Virus record (IMG/VR): IMGVR_UViG_3300046517_002304
Span: 434,001-498,000 of that record
Direction: 5' to 3' (one strand)
Length of the DNA: 64,000 nt
This document shows, one piece after another, positions 17,935-28,100 of this stretch. Positions within the stretch are counted from its first letter, which is position 1, and every line of letters starts with the position of its first letter. The notes under the pieces were generated by a model. It worked only from the letters and a program-made list of their open reading frames with translations. It did not search any database and was not told the DNA's origin. The translations under genes were made by a program, and so were the position numbers.

Positions 17935-20811
17935 TTAATTTTCTAAGAACGCTTTTATTCGGACGATCTTACCAGTGCTAGACATAAAAATTAACCAATC
18001 GTCTGCTGTAGCAGGCGCTAAGGATGTGTTAACTCTAAACACAAAAGTCCTCTTGGTTTCTGTAAAATATACACCCAGTAAATTAAGCCAATACGGCATT
18101 ACTATAGGGTGTAAATTCATCTGATCATCAAAAGACATACGATATTCCTGATTACTACACAGAGTAACATTAGAAATATCCGTATAATTATTCAACTCCA
18201 CCACTTCTAAGTCACTAGACTCAGGCATATTTACTTCTAACTGATCGGCAAAATATTCCGCATATAAATATAACTTTTTAACATATCTCTGTCTTGTTTT
18301 AACTAATGTTCCTCCCACCACTCTTTCTTGTGGCACTATATCGCTTCTAAAAATTATTTCACCGATAGGAAGATTCAAAACACCATAATAATCATGGTAT
18401 AGCTCTGTCATTTCATTAAACAGCGGCTGGTACTTTTTAGGCGATGCTAATGTAAAGCTACGAACGGCTGACGAAGGAAGTAAGTCTTCTGGCCACCATG
18501 GATTTAATCTGTCAACACCAGATGCATCCTTTAATTTATCCCAAACTTCATCGGGAATAGGATACTGCTTAAGACTAATGTTCCATTTACCATTTGCAAA
18601 ACTTAAATCCAAACTATCTTCTTTTATGGTAGGCAAATTAATAGTCAAAGATGAATCCCAATCAAGAGATATGCCAGCCTCATGTTTTAAATTAGATGCT
18701 ATAACGTCCTTGTTTTCTATGGTTTTACAAATGCCTATCTGAGGGAATTTAGCCGCATTTGCACCATCGGCTACATCTAGATAATTAGACACTAACCCAT
18801 TTTTATTAAATGACACCGTTTCGTCAATCGCACTGTTGTTAATCAAATGAACGGCAACGTACTTAGTCTTCAATCCCTTATTAAATTTAATTCCACCAAG
18901 GAATATAGGCCATTCATTACTAATAGGTAGATAGCTTGGATTTAAACTAAACTCAAATTCTTGCACAAACCTAGAATCGCTCTTATATGCGATCAAGCTA
19001 GTCTGAAGAATAAATGTTTTATCCTGTACAACATTGCAGACCCACATACTAGGGCCTTCACTTACAGCATCATCCATCACCAAACGGATTTTCTCATCCC
19101 GCGTCATCCTAACCGGAGTAACGACAGCAACAGGATTCACATGAATGACATTACCTGTTCTGGCAGATGAAGTTGAGGATGTTGCGGAGCAGGTAGTGCT
19201 CTTCGTGTTTTTTTTTACGTCTATGGGAACCGGATGATTATAAATAGCCGGAGTAGACACAGCGGTCTTCGCAGACGTAGTGGTATATTCTGCCCTAATA
19301 TCGGACAACTTCTTAATTAAGAACTTATCATCTTTGCTTATTTTATTAATCTTAACATCAGCAAGATAATCGGTATGAACATGATTACCATATGAGCTGC
19401 TACCAGTTTGATCTGAATTATAATACCCGCTTGTACGAGGCGCCCTATTTTTATAAGAGCTTCTTTTAAAAGCATTTATAGAAACTTCAATCTCACGTTG
19501 AAAAGTAGTCCCATTAAATTCACAACTTAAAATTACTTTACCGAAAATTGACCGATATGTCACTTTGCCGTGAGTATTAACATATACTCGGAATCTACTA
19601 ATTTTATATTTATTTGTGTTGTCAACTGAAAGGTCGCAAAAATTATCTGGCAAAGAAGATATGGTAAAACTACTAGGAAATCCAACGGAATGAATAGACG
19701 TTAACTGAGAGCTAGCAGTCCATTTTAACCCAATTTCCTTAACCTCAGGAAACCAAAGGCTCGGATCAGAAATTTCAATAGTAAAATCTAAATATGGCTC
19801 ATAAATCTCAATAGAATCACGACTATTCGGATTTACCAGAACTCTAGTTTCACTATCCCAATATTTGGTAGTCAAAGCATTCTTAGTAAAGTCCTTGATG
19901 CATATCTTATTCTGCTCAACGCTGCTTTTTGAGAATTTCAGCGGAACCATCAGTTGGAGAAACCCGGAATCTTTAATCATGATGTCTTGCCCATCAAGAC
20001 AACGTTTTTCATTACCGGTGAACTCAATTGTTCCGCCATGGTAAACATCATCGCAAATTTTGTCAATTTTAAATCCATGTTTCGGCTTTACCTGAAAGAA
20101 ATACTGACACTCATTTTTAGGTACAGACTTATCTGAACCATCTAGAGAAAGCATTCTTCCTTTTAATAAAGGTAAATTGTTTGTCAAATAATTGATCAAC
20201 ACAGTAGGGCCAGCTTCCGTGCTGCCATTTGAATGTGAAATCACAATTCTTCCGGCATCCTGCAAGTCAAAGTTCTCAGACTCTTTATTAATATTATAGC
20301 AATATTCGGCACTGTCAATAGCAGAATCAAACAATACTACGTGTAAAATACTATTAATTGGCACTTTGACAATAGAGTTTTTTGGGTTGATCACCGTGGT
20401 TATATGACGACTCTTCTCGTTAGACGACAACAAATATATCTGACTGCGAACATAAGTGCCTGCGGTATTAACCCATATTTCTCCCAAAAATAAAGACGAA
20501 TGCAGCGCCCAAGAAGACAAATCATACTTTTGATTTACATGATACTGTACGCTAACCTCCTCTTTGCCATTAACAACTTTGGCCTTGGAATGCTCTATTC
20601 TATCTAAATATAAAAAATCACTATCAATAATTACCCTATCTTCTTCAGCAATACCTTTAATCTCTGACAAACTAAAATAAAAATCTTGTCTCGGATGAAG
20701 AACAATAGAGTAGCCGTCACCTACCGATGGATCTTTGACTCTAACTGGGTTCATGTGCCGGTTCACTCTCGGCCATTTTTTACCTGGTAAGGCTACGGTT
20801 TTCATCGGCAA
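17935..20811 (-). CDS. large hypothetical protein (958 aa)
   Basis: Long ORF with central S/T-rich linker; no family recognised. Confidence 0.8.
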   Translation of the reverse strand: MPMKTVALPGKKWPRVNRHMNPVRVKDPSVGDGYSIVLHPRQDFYFSLSEIKGIAEEDRVIIDSDFLYLDRIEHSKAKVVNGKEEVSVQYHVNQKYDLSSWALHSSLFLGEIWVNTAGTYVRSQIYLLSSNEKSRHITTVINPKNSIVKVPINSILHVVLFDSAIDSAEYCYNINKESENFDLQDAGRIVISHSNGSTEAGPTVLINYLTNNLPLLKGRMLSLDGSDKSVPKNECQYFFQVKPKHGFKIDKICDDVYHGGTIEFTGNEKRCLDGQDIMIKDSGFLQLMVPLKFSKSSVEQNKICIKDFTKNALTTKYWDSETRVLVNPNSRDSIEIYEPYLDFTIEISDPSLWFPEVKEIGLKWTASSQLTSIHSVGFPSSFTISSLPDNFCDLSVDNTNKYKISRFRVYVNTHGKVTYRSIFGKVILSCEFNGTTFQREIEVSINAFKRSSYKNRAPRTSGYYNSDQTGSSSYGNHVHTDYLADVKINKISKDDKFLIKKLSDIRAEYTTTSAKTAVSTPAIYNHPVPIDVKKNTKSTTCSATSSTSSARTGNVIHVNPVAVVTPVRMTRDEKIRLVMDDAVSEGPSMWVCNVVQDKTFILQTSLIAYKSDSRFVQEFEFSLNPSYLPISNEWPIFLGGIKFNKGLKTKYVAVHLINNSAIDETVSFNKNGLVSNYLDVADGANAAKFPQIGICKTIENKDVIASNLKHEAGISLDWDSSLTINLPTIKEDSLDLSFANGKWNISLKQYPIPDEVWDKLKDASGVDRLNPWWPEDLLPSSAVRSFTLASPKKYQPLFNEMTELYHDYYGVLNLPIGEIIFRSDIVPQERVVGGTLVKTRQRYVKKLYLYAEYFADQLEVNMPESSDLEVVELNNYTDISNVTLCSNQEYRMSFDDQMNLHPIVMPYWLNLLGVYFTETKRTFVFRVNTSLAPATADDWLIFMSSTGKIVRIKAFLEN

Positions 20812-21875
20812 TGTTTTCTACCGCTTACCATTATATGGTCATCTTCAAAAGAAATATAAACCCACATTTTTCTTTTATGCAAGTTTAAGTTTAAAGCACC
20901 GTCTGATAAAGTAGTGATAATACCATCTGCGGATGTAATTTTAAAATGAGATAAGGACTTGCCGCGTAATTCTAGAACCAAACGATCTAAGCTGGCTGTA
21001 TATACGTAAGTATGTGAAGCGCCTTTATGATAAGAGCATTTTAAATAACCTGTTCCATCATCAACCGGAAAGGTAAGTATAGTTGACCCTGGACGATCAT
21101 CCAAATTTCCGTCCACAAATACTGCCGACCCAGGAGCGCTGGATTCGTTCAGGCACTTGTAAAGTGAATGTCTAAGCTGTACGTCGGCCTTTGTTAAATG
21201 AGAATGAGATTCTGATTTAAAAAATGAAAAAGACTTGTCATTCACAGAATGCTCCAACGTAGTAATCAGATGAAGCTTCTGCATATGACTACTCGGAATA
21301 AAAATTCTTTTGGGGTTATCGTTAATAAACACTACGGCATTATTTAACAAACCTTTAGCGCCATGCTCGTCTCGGGCTATATTAAATGTAATAATGTCAT
21401 TCTTTTTATAAGTACGACCTTCATAATGAATCGGGGCATCAAATGGTGATATAATATGCAAGTGGCCACTCAAAAAACTATCCTGAAAAAATATCAAAAA
21501 TCTTTGTTCTGAATAAGATTGATTGCCTCTTTTAAAGTAGGCTCTCGTCGCCTGATTCTTAATAAAAATACCTTCCGACCAGGTCAAAGAATCCCACCAA
21601 TCAGAGCGATCTATCGGAACATGAGAAGTGGATTTCAAAAATATTTCAAGGCACTTTCGGCCATTTATAATAATAAAAGACTGATCATTCGGACAATCAA
21701 TACCCATATATCCTGATGAATCTTCATCGTAAACAAAGTATGATGAAGATTCACTGGACTTTTTAATTTCCGATAAAGTCGTACATTCTACGCCATTAGG
21801 TAGCGGTTCTCTAATTTTTGTAAGAGAAACGACGCACGAAAGCTTCGGACCATAATCACATGTTCCTGACCACAT
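20802..21875 (-). CDS. hypothetical protein
   Basis: 357 aa ORF. Confidence 0.75.
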   Translation of the reverse strand: MWSGTCDYGPKLSCVVSLTKIREPLPNGVECTTLSEIKKSSESSSYFVYDEDSSGYMGIDCPNDQSFIIINGRKCLEIFLKSTSHVPIDRSDWWDSLTWSEGIFIKNQATRAYFKRGNQSYSEQRFLIFFQDSFLSGHLHIISPFDAPIHYEGRTYKKNDIITFNIARDEHGAKGLLNNAVVFINDNPKRIFIPSSHMQKLHLITTLEHSVNDKSFSFFKSESHSHLTKADVQLRHSLYKCLNESSAPGSAVFVDGNLDDRPGSTILTFPVDDGTGYLKCSYHKGASHTYVYTASLDRLVLELRGKSLSHFKITSADGIITTLSDGALNLNLHKRKMWVYISFEDDHIMVSGRKHCR

Positions 21876-21905
21876 GAATCAACACTTTCAGTTAGTCCGT
21901 GGTTA

Positions 21906-22499
21906 CTAAAACCAAGTCTTAATCCAACTACAATAGTTGTCTGGCGAAACATATTTTTTAACCTGCTTCCATGATTCGTTTAGTGCTGTCCTATCGCCCA
22001 TCTGCAAAAATGTTTTCTCAAATTTATCAGCAGCGTGAACCCGATCCTCAATATCTGTTGCCGGATTAACCACATCATAATACGTAGGCAAAACAGTATC
22101 TTTATGGGACTCAATAAAATGAGAGCACCACATATAAACAAACATTTCTACAGCAGCGACCCGAGCCTCTGCTAACCCAAATACCGGCAAGTATTGATTT
22201 TTCCGATAGGCATCAATTTTTGCCTTGATGGTCGGCTGATAATTATCAAAATTCATAGGGGTGTGCTGCGTATTATACGCCCCCTTATGATTATTATAGC
22301 CATTGTAATTAGGCGTATATTCCAATAACAAGCTATCGCTTGGATGGTTGTTCTGCGGCTGTTCTTGTATGCCAAGAATAGCCCACTTCGGCTTAACATC
22401 ACGTTTTTCCGAACGAAGAATCAAATATCCTTCTTTGACATACTTAACAACCGGACATTTCAACAAATGCCTTTTGAAATATTCTTCTTGCAGATTCAT
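21906..22499 (-). CDS. hypothetical protein
   Basis: 197 aa ORF. Confidence 0.75.
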   Translation of the reverse strand: MNLQEEYFKRHLLKCPVVKYVKEGYLILRSEKRDVKPKWAILGIQEQPQNNHPSDSLLLEYTPNYNGYNNHKGAYNTQHTPMNFDNYQPTIKAKIDAYRKNQYLPVFGLAEARVAAVEMFVYMWCSHFIESHKDTVLPTYYDVVNPATDIEDRVHAADKFEKTFLQMGDRTALNESWKQVKKYVSPDNYCSWIKTWF

Positions 22500-22547
22500 G
22501 GTTTTAGCACCTTGAGACTGATGTTATTGATTACGCAGATTACAATT

Positions 22548-23369
22548 TTAATACAAAGGGGAGTAAATGTCAAGATAGTATTTCTTTGGAGTTTTGCCAG
22601 ACTTCATATCGTGCGATAAATCAAATACATACTTCTCAAACTGATGATTGAACTCTTCGTATGAAGAAAAACCGTAATATTCCTTCACTACTTGTAGTGG
22701 CCCCATCGCACAAAAAGACTCCATGTCTTTCGCTGGAAATTCTTTTTTCAGAAAAAGACACAACATTGTGCTTTGCACTCTATTCCATTTGTCAATATTT
22801 TTAGAATTAACATCTTGCTGAAGAATTTCATCCGCCGTGCAATGCTCATCTTTCAACATGTCCTCTGCCTGCATAAGAGTTTCATATATGTCTGATTCGC
22901 TTCCATTCAAAACAGAAATGCCAGTAATCATCCACTTAGGAAACTTTATCTTATTCGCTATTTCATATTCACGCAAACATGCTTCCGTCAATTTTTCTGA
23001 TAAATCTGAGTCTCTCCAATCGCCATCTACGCAAGTCCAAATAACAGAAATATCTTTTCCATCATGTATTAACGAAGCGCGATAAACTGACTTGTCAAGG
23101 TTAAAAAACTTCTTATATAGATCCTTATTGTCAATACAAATAACCATACACTTTCTTGAGAATTTAATATCATCAAATCCCCATCGCTTAAATATAGACT
23201 CTTTCATAAACTCTACGTGCTGAGACAAATACTCAGATTTGCCTTCGTGGTTTGATAAGATTTCAAAATTATTCGTCTCATTAGAATAAAGCTTAACCTT
23301 CTGATCGCCAATTTCTACATGAGTATCTGCCGCAACAAACAAAAGTGCGAAAGCAAGCAAGTTATACAT
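22548..23369 (-). CDS. secreted protein, possibly a degenerate gluzincin-like fold
   Basis: Signal-like N-terminus; SEKLTEACL...PKWMITGIS resembles HExxH...PxWxxEG without the ligands. Confidence 0.4.
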   Translation of the reverse strand: MYNLLAFALLFVAADTHVEIGDQKVKLYSNETNNFEILSNHEGKSEYLSQHVEFMKESIFKRWGFDDIKFSRKCMVICIDNKDLYKKFFNLDKSVYRASLIHDGKDISVIWTCVDGDWRDSDLSEKLTEACLREYEIANKIKFPKWMITGISVLNGSESDIYETLMQAEDMLKDEHCTADEILQQDVNSKNIDKWNRVQSTMLCLFLKKEFPAKDMESFCAMGPLQVVKEYYGFSSYEEFNHQFEKYVFDLSHDMKSGKTPKKYYLDIYSPLY

Positions 23370-24009
23370 TTACGCTACTCTCCTTAAAAAAAGATTGATT
23401 TGTTCTAAAAAAGTGAATTGACCTTGGACTAGATACATCAAAAATATCATGCTGAGAATCAGCATAAACATTTTTAATAATATCTCTAGCCTCAGATGCA
23501 ATCTGTGAAATACGTGAATCACAAACACCAATTTTACTCCCGATTTCCTTCATAGATAATCCCAAAACATAATATGAGTATATGATCTTCTGTTGAATTG
23601 GTGTTAGATGCTTCATAATTTTCTTATATGAATCATCATTGTCCACTCTAGAAATTCCATCATCTTTTGCTATTAAATTCTCGCTTATGGGTGAAGACTG
23701 ATGAAAATTAATGCTGTAGGTTGGGACATCAAGCGACCAAGATGTTATTCTATGTCTTTTTCTACTTCCGCTATACTTCCGTAAAAAATCATTGATTTCG
23801 CCATGTATTCTATACCGAGCATACATGGCGAAAACGCCTTTGGTTTCATCAAACTTAGTTGCTGCATCAATTAATCCCATATATGCAGCAGATTTTAATT
23901 CCGATAATTGTATCCCTCTAACACACCCAGACTTTCTTTTTTTAGCAATTTTATCCGCAAGGTGCTTGTACTCCACAACTAATTTGTTTCTTTCTTCAAT
24001 ACTTCTCAT
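23362..24009 (-). CDS. RNA polymerase sigma factor, FliA/WhiG-like
   Basis: Region 2 ELKSAAYMGLIDAATKFD...YARYRIHGEINDFLR; region 4 LSMKEIGSKIGVCDSRISQI. Confidence 0.9.
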   Translation of the reverse strand: MRSIEERNKLVVEYKHLADKIAKKRKSGCVRGIQLSELKSAAYMGLIDAATKFDETKGVFAMYARYRIHGEINDFLRKYSGSRKRHRITSWSLDVPTYSINFHQSSPISENLIAKDDGISRVDNDDSYKKIMKHLTPIQQKIIYSYYVLGLSMKEIGSKIGVCDSRISQIASEARDIIKNVYADSQHDIFDVSSPRSIHFFRTNQSFFKESSVNV

Positions 24010-24029
24010 AATAATAAATTTTCAAATCA

Positions 24030-25073
24030 TTAAATTAAATCTCCAAGAGTCTTTTTTGCCTCGTCAATTAATGACAAATTAGTTGAGTACTTCAAAATTC
24101 TTCTTAGAAACCATATCTTCGTAGCCCGAAGATGTTTACTTAGTATATAAAACTGATCACTTCCTTGCAACCCCAATATTTCAAGGGTTTTAGTCAAATT
24201 TGCCGGAGACACATCTAATTTGTCTGCCACCTCCTTGTATTCAGGCGCATACTTTTTAAATCGCTCCATAGATGCCGCTAATAATTCTGTATCATCATAA
24301 TCATAGCCATATTTCGTAATGTCCGGTCTCTTTTTCTCATTATTCTTAACCTCTGCCCGCTTAGAAATTGCAACAAAGTTAATAAACAAACGAATCCAGT
24401 GCTTTACCGTATAATGGTTAAGCGTACTCTCTGGCAAACGCAATTCTACAGTCCTAATATCACCACCCTGAACGTAATTGCAGAAATTCAACGAAACCCT
24501 TCTATCATGTTCGGCGGCTGTGTGTGTCCCCAATCTACTTTGTAATTCTGTGCTTGATAAGTAATCTAGTTTGCCAAGTTTAATTTTTTTACGCATTGAC
24601 ACACAATATATGTTTTCTCTGCGATGTTCAGGAACTGCCTCATAAACTATCGGCTCAATCCTCAGCCAATTAGCCAAAAGTTGCGTTGCCATTTTAAATG
24701 AATAATCACGAATATCTGCATGAATATGAAGTCCACAATTTTTATTAACCTGAGCGCCAGCTACTCTCAAGGCATTTACAGCGCGACCCACTGCACATAA
24801 GTCTTTATACCCGCTGGCGACAAATGACGCGACTTCAAAACCACCAGTATCTTTTTTATATCCTAAATCTCCACAAGTAGAGTCTGTCTTAACATGCCAA
24901 TAACTGTTATTTCTTGTGTGGCCCCATCCACTAACCACAACCTCACGAACAGGATCAGTCTTTTTGATCGCGTTCTTAATGATTGCTTGGCTAATAGCAG
25001 AGTTCATTTCAATTTCAACGCCAAAATGTTTTTTTGACGTAAAACCGACATAACGAATTTTGGGAGTGGTCAT
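24030..25073 (-). CDS. putative amidoligase (COOH-NH2 ligase, Amidoligase_2-like)
   Basis: FGVEIE, WHVKTDST, FEVAS, CGLHIH, TVELR. Confidence 0.85.
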   Translation of the reverse strand: MTTPKIRYVGFTSKKHFGVEIEMNSAISQAIIKNAIKKTDPVREVVVSGWGHTRNNSYWHVKTDSTCGDLGYKKDTGGFEVASFVASGYKDLCAVGRAVNALRVAGAQVNKNCGLHIHADIRDYSFKMATQLLANWLRIEPIVYEAVPEHRRENIYCVSMRKKIKLGKLDYLSSTELQSRLGTHTAAEHDRRVSLNFCNYVQGGDIRTVELRLPESTLNHYTVKHWIRLFINFVAISKRAEVKNNEKKRPDITKYGYDYDDTELLAASMERFKKYAPEYKEVADKLDVSPANLTKTLEILGLQGSDQFYILSKHLRATKIWFLRRILKYSTNLSLIDEAKKTLGDLI

Positions 25074-25147
25074 TCAGCACCTAAGGTCCATACGCCAATT
25101 CTACCACAATTTCAAAGTACCGCAAGCGGATTTTTTACTGCAAAAAA

Positions 25148-28100
25148 TCAAGAACAGTCAGAAACCGCAAAAAATTGGGCCGTAACATCAGTCAAGGTAT
25201 TGCAATTTACGCTTTGCGTTTTGGTAAAATCACTAAGAAAAACAGGGTTGCTGTACATTTTTACGCTTGCGATGTTCGTTATTATACCAGCTTTTTTCAA
25301 CTTTGAACAGACCTCTTCCAAAGAACGCGCCGGAATTGTCATGACTTGACGAGACAAGCAGGATGCAGTGCTGTCACTAAGCGGAGGGCATGTTTGAGTA
25401 GAACAATTTGTTTCCACAGTATAAAACATCATTGACCCTTGCCCAATGCTCCATGACAAAACAAGCGTCGTAGAAAGATTGGCGTTCACATTCCAGCTTA
25501 TTGGAAGACTGATAACATACGTAACTTGTCCGCCGGTAGATCCGCCACCGAATATTAGGCCGCCGGTTCCAGTATATGAATGTGATAAAACAATACAATC
25601 GGCTTGTCCACCGAAGATAAGACCGCCAGTACCAAAATATATCCTTGTCTCAACATCAGCATCAGCGCTACCACTAAATATCAATCCGCCTGTTCCGATG
25701 TAAGAAAGTTGGAAGCTGGCATCACTACTACCACTAAATATCAATCCGCCAGATGTGTTGATCCACGTAAGAATATGGTTCACTATTCCTGTACCGCCCA
25801 GCATAAGACCGCCAGAGCCGTCTACAACAAAGTTAGGAATATAATACCCTGATGGGAAAGACGCATGATAATCAAATGCAATTTCATCGGGATCTGAATA
25901 ATCACTATAAACTATGACTTCATCAATTAAATTATTAAACCGATTTCCGCTGCCTGTTGACGGACCATCAATATACCTTGTGCCATTATTCTTAGCACCA
26001 ATACTAATCGCATCGTGCGACCCAACATTATCTGCAAGACCGCCATGAATGCCAAATAAAACGCCGTTCAAATACCCGGCGATAACATGTCCGGCAGCGT
26101 GGAACGATAATGCAGCATGATATCTTTGATGTGATTGTAAAATTGGGGAACTAAAGACATAGTGGAATCCCCAAGCCGGACTGCCGGAATCAGCCGTCAT
26201 GTTCCAAACAATCATGACAATTACATAAGAATCTAAATATATCCCAAACCCGCGAGTAATATCACCTTCTTCATAAAGAGTTCGGCGAGTAACAACATCG
26301 GCGCCGGTCCTAAACCAAAGTTCGATAGTTCTCTGAGTATATGGAGTACTGCTATTTATCGCGACATTATCCGGCGATAAAAGATAACTACTAGTTCCAC
26401 CAAACAGAACAGAAGCATTACTAGGATCAGACAAAATTAAACTTGTCTGATTTAAAGTAAAGTCACCATGGTAAGTCCCATTCATCGCAGAACCAAGCGA
26501 GCCTGAGTTTACCGCAGTTGTCCCAGATGGATCGTCCAACCTATACCACACTAACGGATTTCTTGACGTAATAGCATTAGCAAATGACGGAAACGTGTTA
26601 AAGAATATCCCGCCAGATGGATAAAAATTCATTACGGGATAAGAATGAGCGCTGCCCCCAAAATTTAAACCACCACTGCCAAAAAATGGCGTAATAACAA
26701 ATCCGTTTGCGCCTATAAATGAATTGGCTCTTATGGCACACGTAGCAATGTGATTTACCATCGGCATCGCACCAATACTGGCTACACAAAGTAATGGAGC
26801 TGCGGCAGGACCATAAACAAAACTAAAATTTATCGGTTTGCTAGTTCTATTTATTAAATTAGGATATGACGCCAAGCTATTTGTATAGCTGGCAAGTACC
26901 GTGTTCGCTGGTAAAGCACGATTATAAATCCTAACATCATCTAAGTACCCTGTAACAAATGATGTGATCTGGTTATAAGATCCGATAACCAAAGGTTGCC
27001 CGGAGTCAGATCCATGTGTACCAGTCCCGTCTGTCGCCCCGGAATAAGATACTTCCACACCATTATAATAAACATGAATATTAGATGCTGCGCTTCCCCC
27101 GCGCCATGTAACCACAACATGAGTCCAAGATCCAAACGGTGGAGGTGCACAACTTCTGGTGCAGTCTGTTCCATTAAATACAACAGCAACAAGTAGAGAC
27201 GGAATGTTTACTTGGATGTATAGACCAGCGCTAGCGTTATTGTCGGTCTTATAAATAACCGTACCACTAGAAACTCCCATTATCCAAAAACTAACAGTAA
27301 ATGGCCCAGTACCGATTAATTCATTGGGTGGACCAACTGCCCCCTGTGATGCTCCTCCGAAAAATAAAATGCTACCAAAGCCACCCTTGCGGGATGTGGG
27401 GCGATACCCCCCAAGAAAACGTTGTTGCAGATTTGCAAATAATGCATGATGCTTGCCGACTATATCATACCAATATAAGCCTTGGCTGGTTACCGGCGAT
27501 GCCAAATACCACGCAGTCAGCCCCTGCGCTAACGGATGTTTAAAGTTAACTTGTCTGGCAAAGTTAGTGTTGTTAATCGTAATAGGAAAAGTGCGACTGG
27601 CGTTTTGCGCAAACCCGGCTCTTTGTAGAGTATTGCCGCCTTCTACATGATCTACTCTTGCATTTAAAATAGCAGATGAACTATTGGCTACTCTGCATAT
27701 CTGGCCCTCAATTATTACACAATCGCCTCTGCATACAATATGAGTAGTTGCTATATGGGCCACTCTGGCGTTGGGCGTAGCGATATTAGAGACAACCGTT
27801 AAGTGAGCAGTGCCAACACGTTGACCGGGACTGAATGCTATAATTGTGGAATTACATATTACGGCACAGGCGCTCTTAATAGTATTCTTGGCCCGGGGAT
27901 TTAGGCTAACGCTATTTAATACTACACATGTTGCTACGTGAGCCACTTTAGATCCAGCAGTGCCAATACTTGACGAACAAATAATAGATGTATTGTTGTT
28001 AGATGCTACGTGTCCGCTAGCCCCAATGAATGAATTACAAACTATCGTCCAATTACCGGGGGCAACTATAGTATTAAAATTTATATATTTATTAGCCCTA

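Noticed and set aside
25668-25750. 23-bp direct repeats with 37-nt spacer, CRISPR-like geometry
   Set aside because: Only two copies, in frame within a CDS, encoding a peptide repeat; no cas genes or leader
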